DNA of 35,810 bases, from sequence record SRR20825010_4798. The stretch is one strand, 5' to 3'. The stretch's first letter is position 1; the number at the start of each line of letters is the position of its first letter. The position numbers were made by a program, and so were the translations under genes. The notes below the pieces were generated by a model, which saw nothing but the letters and a program-made list of their open reading frames with translations, was not told the origin of the DNA and did no database searches. Shown piece by piece: positions 1 through 9,303 of the stretch.

Positions 1-1
1 T

Positions 2-2308
2 GCCGATGCCACCGCCATATATGGTTCCCGTGGGGCCAATGGGGTGGTATTGATCACCACTAAAAAAGGAACCGGATATGATAAAAAGACAGCTGTGGAA
101 GCGCGTTGGTATTCAGGTCTGGGAACCGTTTCCAATAAAATGGAACTGTTGGATACCCAGCAGTATTTAAGCATTAGAAGGGCCGCCCTGGAAAACGACG
201 GCAGGGAGGCCAATGAAACCAGCGATTACGACCTACTGCTGTGGGACCAAAACCGTTATACGGATTGGCAGGAGGAGCTTTTCGGGGGCACTTCCACCAT
301 AACCGACGTAAATTTATCCGCATCAGGGGGCAATGCCACCACCTCTTTTAGATTGGGCGGTTCCTATCATAAGGAAGATATGGTATTCCCAGGTGACCAG
401 GATTATAATAAGATAACTGGGGGACTTAATCTAAACCACCTCTCCGATAATAAAAGGTTCAATATTGATTTATCCGTAAACTACGGTTTGGACAAAAGTG
501 ATGTTTTTGCCAACGGTGGGACCAATCTTGTGTCGACAGCAATGATCTTACCGCCCAATGCCCCGGCTATCTACAACCCGGATGGTAGCATACATTGGGA
601 AGCTTGGGAATATTCCAGTTGGGACAACCCTTTGGCACCTATTATGCACAGGACCACGGAGGATGAGGGAAATAGCATTATATCCAATTTGGGCTTGTCA
701 TACCAACTTTGGAAGGGTATGACGTTAAAAATGAATTCAGGTTATACCAGAAATGTTAGGGAGTACATAGGCCTTGTTTCCAAAGAAGCCTATAGTCCTC
801 AACTGAGGGACGGAACCGGTCACGTCTCCCAAAGAAACCATCGGAAACGGCAATCCTGGATTTTGGAACCCCAGTTATTGTATTCAAATAAGCTTGGGAA
901 GGTTGAAATTGAGGCTTTGTGCGGAGCGACCTTTCAACATAGCGAAAATAGCAACCTGAGTGTTTCGGGAGAAGGTTTTGTATCGGAATCGCTGATGGGC
1001 GACCTATCGGCCGCTGAGGTATTGAAAGTAGCCAGCAATGAAAAGATAGCCTACCGTTACAGTGCTATTTTTGCCCGACTGGGCTTTAACTACAAGAAAA
1101 AATATTTTATCAACCTTACGGGGCGTAGGGACGGGTCTTCCCGATTTGGGCCAAACAAACGTTTTGCCAATTTTGGGGCCATTGGGGGTTCCTGGATCTT
1201 TTCCGAAGAAAATTTGATAAAGGACCACTTTCCTATTTTAAGTTTTGGAAAACTTCGGGGAAGCTACGGTACCACAGGAAACGACCAAATTGGGGATTAT
1301 GGATATTTGGATGCCTACGAGGCTACCAGGGGACCGGGCGGCCTTTATCCGACCCAACTTTCCAACCCGGATTATTCATGGGAAATTAACAAAAAACTGG
1401 AAGTTGCCCTAGATCTGGGGTTTATCAAGGACCGAATAAATTTAGGGGTAAACTGGTACCGTAACCGTTCTTCCAACCAATTGGTGGGGTATCCCCTGCC
1501 TGCCATTACAGGCTTTAACACGGTCCAGGCCAATTTGCCGGCAACGGTCCAGAATACTGGGTGGGAAGTGGAGTTGTCCGTCATCAATATCAACTCCAAG
1601 GTATTTAAATGGTCCACTTTTCTTAACCTGACCGTACCGCGCAACAAATTATTGGACTTTCCAAACTTGGACCAAACCTCGTATGCCAATTTGTACCGTA
1701 TCGGGCATCCGTTGAACATCGAATTGTTTTACAAATACGGGGGAGTGGATACAGAAACCGGACTTTATAAGGTGGTTGACGTGAACGATGATGGTAGGTT
1801 GGATTATGAGGACCGTACGGAAATCAGAAACTTGGGGAGAACGTATTACGGTGGCTTGGCCAATAATCTGTCCTACAAAGGCATAGGGCTGCAGTTTTTA
1901 TGGGAGTTCGTAAAGCAGGACAGCTCAACCAGGGGATTTTTAATGGACGTGCCCGGTTCCATAGGCAATCAAACCGCAGATTTCTATAAATCATGGCAAA
2001 ATTCAGGGAACAGCAATGTACAGGAGGTGAGCCAATCCTTTGAAGCCCTAATCGCCTATTACGATGCTTTGGAGAGCGATCACTTTATAACGGACACATC
2101 TTTTCTGCGTCTAAAAACGCTTGCCCTAAGTTATCAGTTGCCAAATGGTTTCTTACATAAAAGCGGCGTGAAGAACTGTAAGCTATTTCTACAGGGCCAA
2201 AACCTAATTACCATATCCAATTTTGATGGGCTGAATGTTGAATATCCGGGCGGAAGCAACATACCTTCCCTGCGAACCATAACTATTGGAGTACAACTTA
2301 ATCTTTAA
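2..2308 (+). CDS. susC: SusC/RagA family TonB-dependent outer membrane transporter (5' part outside window)
   Basis: The frame is open from base 2 and reads ADATAIYGSRGANGVVLITTKKG, the SusC plug signature. RRDGSSRFG and KLRGSYGTTGND barrel motifs follow. A SusD gene lies directly downstream. Confidence 0.96.
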   Translation, partial: ADATAIYGSRGANGVVLITTKKGTGYDKKTAVEARWYSGLGTVSNKMELLDTQQYLSIRRAALENDGREANETSDYDLLLWDQNRYTDWQEELFGGTSTITDVNLSASGGNATTSFRLGGSYHKEDMVFPGDQDYNKITGGLNLNHLSDNKRFNIDLSVNYGLDKSDVFANGGTNLVSTAMILPPNAPAIYNPDGSIHWEAWEYSSWDNPLAPIMHRTTEDEGNSIISNLGLSYQLWKGMTLKMNSGYTRNVREYIGLVSKEAYSPQLRDGTGHVSQRNHRKRQSWILEPQLLYSNKLGKVEIEALCGATFQHSENSNLSVSGEGFVSESLMGDLSAAEVLKVASNEKIAYRYSAIFARLGFNYKKKYFINLTGRRDGSSRFGPNKRFANFGAIGGSWIFSEENLIKDHFPILSFGKLRGSYGTTGNDQIGDYGYLDAYEATRGPGGLYPTQLSNPDYSWEINKKLEVALDLGFIKDRINLGVNWYRNRSSNQLVGYPLPAITGFNTVQANLPATVQNTGWEVELSVININSKVFKWSTFLNLTVPRNKLLDFPNLDQTSYANLYRIGHPLNIELFYKYGGVDTETGLYKVVDVNDDGRLDYEDRTEIRNLGRTYYGGLANNLSYKGIGLQFLWEFVKQDSSTRGFLMDVPGSIGNQTADFYKSWQNSGNSNVQEVSQSFEALIAYYDALESDHFITDTSFLRLKTLALSYQLPNGFLHKSGVKNCKLFLQGQNLITISNFDGLNVEYPGGSNIPSLRTITIGVQLNL

Positions 2309-2320
2309 ATAAAAATAACC

Positions 2321-3730
2321 ATGAGGTACACTAATAATAAGATTCGATTCATAGTGGCTTTCAACCTGCTTTTTACAATGTCCTGTGAAAATTTTGTAGA
2401 GCTTGATACGCCAGATCATATACTGGTAAGCCCAGTGGTATTCAATAGTGGGGAAACCGCTACTGCGGCCATAAAAGGAATTTACAACGAATTGGCCGAT
2501 GCGGATTTTTCCCGTGGATATCAATATTCCGTTACCGTACTGGCCGGAATGCCCTCCGATATTTTTGAGACCACCAGTGTTACGGACACCCGTTATGGCC
2601 CATTTCAACAGAATGAGATTGCTCCAGGGGAGACACCGGATGCCTCCGCCAACTATAACCTGTGGTCCAGTGCCTATAATGTCATCTATATGGCCAATAG
2701 CGCCTTTGAAGGATTGGAAAATTCAACGAACATCCCTGCGGGGCAACTTGGAATACTTGAGGGCCGCGCTCTTTTTTTAAGGGCCTTTACCTATTTCTAC
2801 CTGACGAACCTGTATGGCGACGTTCCTTTGGTCCTGACCACGGATTATCGACAGAATTCCCTGGCAACAAGGAATCCGGCCAGTGAGGTATGGGACCAAT
2901 TGACGGATGACCTAGAAGAAGCTGTGGTCCTTCTTGATGGACAGGATTTTTATGGGGAGAACGAGCGAACCAACATCAACCAATATGTGGTACAGGCCTT
3001 TTTGGCCAGGGTCTACCTATACCGGGAAGACTGGAATAAAGCAGAGGAATGGAGCAGCAAGGTTATTGATCAGACTACTATATATGAAATCCAGGAGGAT
3101 TTGGATCTAGTGTTCTTAAAAAACAGCAAGGAAGCCATTTGGCAGATATCCCCTGAGGGCAGGGGATTTTCCTCAACATATACCGGGGAAGGCTATATGT
3201 TCAGAGGCAATTCCAGTTCGCCGGTAAAACTGTCGGACAATTTTGTGGCCTCCATGCAAGAAAAGGATAAAAGGCTTGCCAATTGGGTAGGATTCAATTC
3301 CAGCAGGTCATTTCATTTTCCTTATAAATACAAAGACTCCAACAGTAGAAATAGTGCTTCCGAATATTCTATGGTGCTTCGCTTGGCGGAACAATACTTG
3401 ATTCGGGCAGAATCGCGGGTCATGCAAGGGAATATTTCCGGGGCAATTGCCGATGTCGATGTATTGAGGTCCAGGGCAGGATTGGATCTTATCAATGATA
3501 TCGAGCCCGGAATAAACAAGGAAGGGTTACTGAACATTATATCGGAGGAACGAAAACTGGAACTCTTTTCAGAATGGGGGCACCGCTGGTTCGACCTTAA
3601 GCGTACTGGAAAAGCGTCCCAAGTGCTAATGCCCATAAAGCCGTTATGGCAAGAGACGGATGTATTGTTTCCCATACCACAAGTGGAACTTGACAAGAAC
3701 CAAAATCTACATCAAAATGTTGGGTACTAG
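2321..3730 (+). CDS. susD: RagB/SusD family outer membrane lipoprotein
   Basis: Lipoprotein signal (LLFTMSC). Motifs LRAFTYFYLTNLYGDVP, LRLAEQYLIRAE and ERKLELFSEWGHRWFDLKR. Starts 12 bp after susC. Confidence 0.96.
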   Translation: MRYTNNKIRFIVAFNLLFTMSCENFVELDTPDHILVSPVVFNSGETATAAIKGIYNELADADFSRGYQYSVTVLAGMPSDIFETTSVTDTRYGPFQQNEIAPGETPDASANYNLWSSAYNVIYMANSAFEGLENSTNIPAGQLGILEGRALFLRAFTYFYLTNLYGDVPLVLTTDYRQNSLATRNPASEVWDQLTDDLEEAVVLLDGQDFYGENERTNINQYVVQAFLARVYLYREDWNKAEEWSSKVIDQTTIYEIQEDLDLVFLKNSKEAIWQISPEGRGFSSTYTGEGYMFRGNSSSPVKLSDNFVASMQEKDKRLANWVGFNSSRSFHFPYKYKDSNSRNSASEYSMVLRLAEQYLIRAESRVMQGNISGAIADVDVLRSRAGLDLINDIEPGINKEGLLNIISEERKLELFSEWGHRWFDLKRTGKASQVLMPIKPLWQETDVLFPIPQVELDKNQNLHQNVGY

Positions 3731-3749
3731 AATAACAAGGCTTTCGTCC

Positions 3750-6614
3750 ATGTCCATATCAAAGGTCCTAATTTGTTATGTTTTCTTTACCTTGAACCTT
3801 ACAGGAACATATTCACAGGAAGAAGATGCCTATGTGCCATTAAAGTTGGATCCAAGTATCCGCTTTGGAAAGTTATCCAACGGTTTTACCTATTACATAA
3901 AACATGTGGCCAATTCCGGCGACAAGCTTGTGATGCGCTTTTATGTCAAGACCGGGGATTATAGTGAGGCACCCGAGGAACTGGATTTTGCACATGCCAT
4001 TGAACATCTCGCGTTTAAATGTGCCAAGCATTTTAGCGGCAATATTGCTAATAATACAAAAATGCGTTCCAGATTGGGCATGGACGAAAATGACGTTTTT
4101 GGAGGAACATCCGCAATGAAAACATTATATTATTTTAATGTTCCCTATGACCGCAGGGATGCTTTTGATACTGGGTTACAATGGTTCCAGGATATTTCGG
4201 ACCTGCATTTGACCCCAGAGGTAATCAATAAAGAAAGAGGCCCCTTAAGACAGGAGGTAATAATGAAACAGGGTAGCAATTTAAAAGAACATTTTACTAG
4301 GATGCGCCTTGAATCCGAAATAATGCCCTGCAGAATGGATAATTCCAATTTCTTTGAACATAACAAAAAATTTGACCCCGAACGGCTCATAAAATTTTAT
4401 AGGAAATGGTACTTGTCAAATAATATGGCGTTGGTTCTGGTAGGTGATACCACACGAATACAGGATATGGAGAGCAACGTTATAAAGCGCTTTTCCAATC
4501 TTGAAAGTGGCAGGTCCCCTATACCGAGCGAAAAATGTGTAGCGGAATATCTGGATCGGCCAAATCAATTTGTCTCGTTGGTGCAATCTAAGGCCCTTGA
4601 AAACTCCAATACATCTTACGTTAAGGTTCATCTTTATATGAGGGATGGTAAAATTTTGGAACAAAGGGATACTTGGGACGGACTAAAAAGAGAAGTGGTC
4701 TGGAGCATGTTGCGAAATGTGATGAATGGTCGTTTCAAAAGGGTCGGCAATGATTACAATTCTACTTTTTCGGCCTCGGGCATGCCGCCCCACCTCGCTT
4801 TTCCCGCATACCGAATACAAATTCAAGAGGCCGGGGAAAATGCGGAAAGGGCAATTAGGAAAGTCATGGTTCTGTTGCAGCAGTTTAAGAAATACGGGCT
4901 GAGCGAAACAGAATGGGAGCAGCAAAAGAATAAGAAGATCAAGGAAATGCAACCCGATGTTACAGAGAACTTAAATTATTGGATAGGACAGATCCAAAAT
5001 AATTATGTTTATGGCTTGGCCCTTCCGGAGAACAAGGCTTCAGTTCTACATCGATGGTTGTCAGATCTGACTTTGGGCGAATTCAATGCGCTTTTGCAAG
5101 ACTATATGTTCACTATGCCCAATGACATTGCGATTGTTGCACCTGAAGGAGTAAACTTTAATGAGAAAGAAGTCCGTTCTTGGATCCAACAAGAGCAGAA
5201 CAGGGCATCTGGGCCTTATATTTTTAAGGAGATACCCGGTCAACTGATGGATAGGACCAAGGTTGCCTCCCTAAAACCGGTGGAATCGAACTTTATTGGT
5301 ACAAGTTCCTTTGGAGCAAGGGAATTTGTTTTGGATAATGGAGCAAAGGTGGTGTTGCTCAATTCAAAAGACTTGGCAAAAAGTAACAATGATAAGATTT
5401 ATCTACATGGCTTCAGTCCATATGGGGCTTCGTGCTTTAAAAAGGGAGATTATTTTTCGGCCATAAATGCACCATCAATTATACAAAATGCGGGATTGGG
5501 TGAAATGGATAAATTTCAAATTCAGGGTTTCCTTGATGGAACGAGTATAAGGAGTGGCTTGTCCCCATACATTGATTATAGGGAAACTGGAATTAAAGGA
5601 AATGCCTCCATTCATGATCTTGAAAATCTGCTACAGCTGGTTTACCTCCATTTTACCAATCCAAGAAAGGATCATAGGGCCTTTGATGATTGGAAACTCC
5701 AACAGATTAAAAGACATAGCTCCAAACCGTCCTATGATCCTATTTTGGAGGATTTCAATGTTGCCGTACGCGAGTTTCTAGTTGATAGTTCAAAAGCTCC
5801 AAATGGAACCCCGAGATGGGAAGGTATTTCGAAAACCAATTTTGACCGGAGCTATGAAATTTATAACCAATTATATGGGGATCCTTCGGATTTCACATTC
5901 TTGATCACCGGGGATGTTACAGTAAATGCCATTTTGCCACTGATTCAAAAATACCTGGGCAGTATTCCCCGTTCGGGATCCGTACCGGGTTGTAGACAAG
6001 AAATGATCGGAAACGTAAAGTTGCCAAAGGGTCCATTGTACAGGGAATTTTCTGCCCGGGAACTTGGTGCTTTATATGATTTGAAAGGCGTTAAATATTC
6101 CATGAAGTTCATAAGTGCAACGCAGGATCCGTTGGATTGGCAAGAACATATTAAAGTAGAGATTTTGGGATCCTTGCTAAGTTCAATTTCCAAAAAGTTA
6201 CGGTACGTTGATGAATCCGCAATATACGACACTTTTGCGACGGCCTCTTTCAATAGGGAGCTGTCATCCTATGAGATTACATTGTATTTGGATTGTATGG
6301 CCCAAGATTTGGACAAAATACGGATTTCCTGTAAAGAGCTGGTAAAAGAAGTGGGCAAGAAATCATTGCAACAGGGACTATTTAAGGAAGTTATAATAAA
6401 CAAAATCACCAAGTTACAGGGAGGGAGTGTATTCCAGCAATTGGAAAAACTGCATGGATACTATAAATTTAATAAGCCATGGTTATACACCACTGAGGTA
6501 GAAGATTATTTAAAATCTTTAAAAATCGAGGATATAGAGGTAACGGCCAAAAAATATTTAAGGGATGAAAATATGATGGAATTTGTTTTTAAAAATGGCC
6601 GGAAGGATCCATAG
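3750..6614 (+). CDS. M16 family (pitrilysin/PqqL-like) zinc metallopeptidase, exported
   Basis: Motifs GKLSNGFTYYI, inverted zinc motif HAIEH (HxxEH), downstream ERGPLRQE and a second-half LDNGAKV. Start moved from 3660 to the ATG at 3750, which avoids the SusD overlap and gives a signal-peptide-like N-terminus. Confidence 0.9.
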   Translation: MSISKVLICYVFFTLNLTGTYSQEEDAYVPLKLDPSIRFGKLSNGFTYYIKHVANSGDKLVMRFYVKTGDYSEAPEELDFAHAIEHLAFKCAKHFSGNIANNTKMRSRLGMDENDVFGGTSAMKTLYYFNVPYDRRDAFDTGLQWFQDISDLHLTPEVINKERGPLRQEVIMKQGSNLKEHFTRMRLESEIMPCRMDNSNFFEHNKKFDPERLIKFYRKWYLSNNMALVLVGDTTRIQDMESNVIKRFSNLESGRSPIPSEKCVAEYLDRPNQFVSLVQSKALENSNTSYVKVHLYMRDGKILEQRDTWDGLKREVVWSMLRNVMNGRFKRVGNDYNSTFSASGMPPHLAFPAYRIQIQEAGENAERAIRKVMVLLQQFKKYGLSETEWEQQKNKKIKEMQPDVTENLNYWIGQIQNNYVYGLALPENKASVLHRWLSDLTLGEFNALLQDYMFTMPNDIAIVAPEGVNFNEKEVRSWIQQEQNRASGPYIFKEIPGQLMDRTKVASLKPVESNFIGTSSFGAREFVLDNGAKVVLLNSKDLAKSNNDKIYLHGFSPYGASCFKKGDYFSAINAPSIIQNAGLGEMDKFQIQGFLDGTSIRSGLSPYIDYRETGIKGNASIHDLENLLQLVYLHFTNPRKDHRAFDDWKLQQIKRHSSKPSYDPILEDFNVAVREFLVDSSKAPNGTPRWEGISKTNFDRSYEIYNQLYGDPSDFTFLITGDVTVNAILPLIQKYLGSIPRSGSVPGCRQEMIGNVKLPKGPLYREFSARELGALYDLKGVKYSMKFISATQDPLDWQEHIKVEILGSLLSSISKKLRYVDESAIYDTFATASFNRELSSYEITLYLDCMAQDLDKIRISCKELVKEVGKKSLQQGLFKEVIINKITKLQGGSVFQQLEKLHGYYKFNKPWLYTTEVEDYLKSLKIEDIEVTAKKYLRDENMMEFVFKNGRKDP

Positions 6615-6653
6615 ATTCAAATGCTATTCTCCTTTTTTTGATTGCCAAAAGGC

Positions 6654-6688
6654 AAAAACACCAGACTCTTAGGCCTGGTGTTTTTTTT
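6654..6688. terminator. Probable bidirectional intrinsic terminator
   Basis: AAAAACACCAG-N10-CTGGTGTTTTT inverted repeat with A/T tracts on both sides, between convergent genes. Confidence 0.75.
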
Positions 6689-6706
6689 AGTGAATTAATG
6701 AACCCT

Positions 6707-6997
6707 CTAGGGGCGTGGGTCTGGAATTACCTTGATCTGATTTGTAGAATTCCGTATCGGATTGTTGGTGCTTTCATCGGCGTATACGGTATAGACCTGT
6801 GATTGCCCTTCGAGCCTTACTTTACAATCCTTATTGTCCACTTCATCACAATCCACGTCCACCTCATACCAGGTAGTGCCTATCTGAATAAATCCGGTAG
6901 CGTAGTAATCATCGGCCGTTGCATTTGTGAACGCAAACGACAGTGCAATGGCAAAAATAAATGCCAACATCGGTAATATCAATTTCAACTTTTTCAT
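6707..6997 (-). CDS. Small secreted two-cysteine protein, DUF6520-like
   Basis: 96 aa with signal peptide MKKLKLILPMLAFIFAIALSFA and an acidic mature region containing C-x7-C. Lies downstream of a MauE/DoxX gene, the context I associate with this family. Confidence 0.75.
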   Translation of the reverse strand: MKKLKLILPMLAFIFAIALSFAFTNATADDYYATGFIQIGTTWYEVDVDCDEVDNKDCKVRLEGQSQVYTVYADESTNNPIRNSTNQIKVIPDPRP

Positions 6998-7123
6998 GAT
7001 AATATAATTTTAATTAATAATAGCTGCCTACTCTCTTGTACAGGTTTTCGGTCTTCCCCCTGCTCTTGTCGCGCAACAAAATATCTTCATCATTTTACTT
7101 TTTATTTGTGGTCCCATGGCCAT

Positions 7124-7588
7124 TTAAGGGTCTTGGTGGATCTTGTTCCATGTATTATTTTTATGTTTGGGGGAGAGCAATATGGCCAGTAAGGCCAATA
7201 GGAGCAATATCGCATTGAGCAACAAATGATGTTCCCAGGACAAGAGGGAGATAACGCCCCCACAGGAACAAGGTTTATAGGGGGCAAAAAATAGAATGGC
7301 CAGGGTGTAGCCGGTAAATAGGAGCATCAGGACTGCTGCCCCATAGAGCCCCATCAATCTCGTTTTTTTCCAAATCAATAACAGGGCAACGGCCAGTTCC
7401 GACAAGGGTATGGCCCATGAGGCCAAAGAAGCTATGGCCTTGCCCCCAAGTACGGGCGAGTTCCTGATGTTGTCGTAGAACATATGCCCTTCAAGGAGTT
7501 TGGTAAGTCCGGCATACGCAAATAGGACAATGAACAGCAAACAGGCCGTTTGTACAATTGTCTCCCTAAATATTTGGTGCCGATTCAT
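7124..7588 (-). CDS. MauE/DoxX family redox-associated membrane protein
   Basis: About four hydrophobic segments, with LFAYAGLTKL and PCSCGGVI motifs. The likely start is the ATG at 7588 (MNRHQIF); the 7783 start overlaps the AraC gene. Confidence 0.88.
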   Translation of the reverse strand: MNRHQIFRETIVQTACLLFIVLFAYAGLTKLLEGHMFYDNIRNSPVLGGKAIASLASWAIPLSELAVALLLIWKKTRLMGLYGAAVLMLLFTGYTLAILFFAPYKPCSCGGVISLLSWEHHLLLNAILLLLALLAILLSPKHKNNTWNKIHQDP

Positions 7589-7625
7589 ATCATTTGTGTT
7601 GATATGGCAAAGTTCGGGAGTTAAA

Positions 7626-7664
7626 ATTACTTGTAAGGGATAAATACTTATCCCAGAGGGATTT
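7626..7664. promoter_or_regulatory. Tandem 18-bp operator-like repeats (21-bp period) upstream of the MauE/DoxX gene
   Basis: ATTACTTGTAAGGGATAA (7626-7643) and CTTATCCCAGAGGGATTT (7647-7664). A Bacteroidota -7-like GAACTTTG lies about 10 bp further on the minus strand. Confidence 0.6.
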
Positions 7665-7670
7665 ATGTAT

Positions 7671-8669
7671 TTAGATCTCTCCCAAATCGGCCTTTTTTCT
7701 AAAAATTTTAGGGGAGTATCCGTACTGTTCGCTGAACGTCCTGCTGAAATGCGGAACGCTTTTGAAACCGACCATCTTGGCAATGGACTTGAAGTTCAGT
7801 TGGGTATATTGGACCAAGGTCTTGGCCTTTCGCAACCTTTCCTGAACCAGATATTTGAATACCGTGGTGCCATAAAGTTCCTTAAAACCATATTTCAGCT
7901 TGAACTCATTGGTACCCAATTGGTGGGCCAGGTCCTTAAGGTTGGGCAGGTCCATCTGCAGGTTGTTGAGGATCATATCCCGTCCCTCCCTTATCTTGCG
8001 GATGTCCTCATAACTCAGTTTTACCTTTGGCCTTGGTCCTTTCTTTTTGGAAATTGTGCTATTGGGGTCCGTATTAATGGCAGTTTGGCTCCTTTCCTTG
8101 GCATAGGTCCTGCCCGTAACGGTATGGACCACGGTGATCAGAACGTTGTGGGAACCGTCCGCTTCGGATCTGATGGACGTGATATGGCAGCGGTTGGGGA
8201 CGACCAGATCTTCATTGGTCAAAAAACTAAGGGGGATTGCCATATCATAAAAACTCTTTTTACCAATGGTTTTCCATTTCTGGTCCCAATCCGTTTGGGA
8301 GGCTTCCGTCAACAGGTCCGAAAATGGTTTTTGGACAATATTGCCGTGCAATTTGGAAAGGATGGTACAGGCCTTTTGGTTGGCCATTTGGACCATACCA
8401 TTCCCGTCCAGTAAAAAGGACATCTGCACCAAATGCTCGGTGGTGCCCTTGGAACTCACATATCCCTGATGGTAGAAGGATTCTTGGATCTCTTCGGCCA
8501 GCATGTTGAGCACTATGGCCAGGGCCTCCACATTGTCGTTCCTGTCCGAGGTCTCCAGGCGGTAAAAGAAATTACCTCCGGCCATTTCCAGGAGCATGTG
8601 CTGGATTTCTTGCATTCTATGTTCAGTTCTTAAGGGGGACATAGGTGTTTGTTTATAGGTTAGCTTCAA
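7671..8669 (-). CDS. AraC family regulator with N-terminal HAMP-like and PAS-like domains
   Basis: HAMP-like EMAGGNFFYRLETSDRNDNVEALAIVLNMLAEE, PAS-like FLLDGNGMVQMANQKAC and a C-terminal double HTH (LKDLAHQLGTNEFKLKYGFK ... IAKMVGFKSVPHFSRTF). Exact start uncertain. Confidence 0.92.
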   Translation of the reverse strand: MKLTYKQTPMSPLRTEHRMQEIQHMLLEMAGGNFFYRLETSDRNDNVEALAIVLNMLAEEIQESFYHQGYVSSKGTTEHLVQMSFLLDGNGMVQMANQKACTILSKLHGNIVQKPFSDLLTEASQTDWDQKWKTIGKKSFYDMAIPLSFLTNEDLVVPNRCHITSIRSEADGSHNVLITVVHTVTGRTYAKERSQTAINTDPNSTISKKKGPRPKVKLSYEDIRKIREGRDMILNNLQMDLPNLKDLAHQLGTNEFKLKYGFKELYGTTVFKYLVQERLRKAKTLVQYTQLNFKSIAKMVGFKSVPHFSRTFSEQYGYSPKIFRKKADLGEI

Positions 8670-8696
8670 TGGGTATTACCTTAGGTATTGAATAGT

Positions 8697-9098
8697 TTAA
8701 AATATGGCCGTAGCAAAGACAAGGCCGAGGAACTTGCCCAAATAGGCCAGGGCCTTCGAAATTTCGCGAAAAGAGGCCGTAGGGATGTCCGGATGGTTCG
8801 TCATAAGATAGAACCTTGTCATGACATCCGTCACGGGAGGCTCAATGATAAAGGCCAGGGCCTTTATCAGCAGGGAACCCTCCAGCGCCAGATAGTCCCT
8901 GGCGGCCTTGTCCACCCTGCGGAGCTGTCGGATGTCGCAGAGGACGGGATAGGCCCGTTCCTCCTGGAACATCAACCGGTCCCTGACAATCCGTTTAGAC
9001 GCTTGGAGGTCGATAATTACCCCCTTTTTGTAAATGATATGTACAATATTGTCCACAAGCATGTACTGCGTGAAATCGTTTTCAAAATAACTTTGCAT
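8697..9098 (-). CDS. STAS/SpoIIAA-like small protein of unknown function
   Basis: 133 aa alpha/beta pattern with PVLCDIRQL, KAARDYLA and ALAFII, ending in F...ALAYL. Ends 27 bp before the AraC gene on the same strand. Confidence 0.7.
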   Translation of the reverse strand: MQSYFENDFTQYMLVDNIVHIIYKKGVIIDLQASKRIVRDRLMFQEERAYPVLCDIRQLRRVDKAARDYLALEGSLLIKALAFIIEPPVTDVMTRFYLMTNHPDIPTASFREISKALAYLGKFLGLVFATAIF

Positions 9099-9197
9099 GG
9101 TCTATTAATAAAAACTGGTAGATGACACTAAATTTACATAAATATAATGATTGTGAATTTTAAAACCTTCTATAGGACCTATATAAAAGGGGTTTTT

Positions 9198-9236
9198 CTT
9201 ATCCATGAGGGATTAAAACTTATCTGAGAGGGATAA
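9198..9236. promoter_or_regulatory. Tandem 18-bp operator-like repeats (21-bp period) in the divergent promoter region
   Basis: CTTATCCATGAGGGATTA (9198-9215) and CTTATCTGAGAGGGATAA (9219-9236). The palindrome TATAGGACCTATA lies nearby at 9171-9183. Confidence 0.65.
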
Positions 9237-9303
9237 ATTTTGTGTTGGGTAGTACAAAATCCTACAAATGCCACTACTTTTTAGGGACCAAACACAAATG
9301 ACC

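Noticed and set aside
2-3730. Polysaccharide utilisation locus
   Set aside because: There is no glycoside hydrolase or lyase in the window and the downstream gene is a peptidase. The upstream context is unseen, so this is not fully excluded.
3660-3749. Longer start for the M16 peptidase
   Set aside because: It overlaps susD by 71 bp; the ATG at 3750 gives a cleaner signal-peptide-like start.
7589-7783. N-terminal extension of the MauE/DoxX ORF
   Set aside because: It overlaps the AraC 3' end and the operator repeats; family-like sequence begins at the ATG at 7588.
7665-8414. 249-aa plus-strand ORF
   Set aside because: It is the antisense shadow of the AraC gene and has no recognisable motifs.
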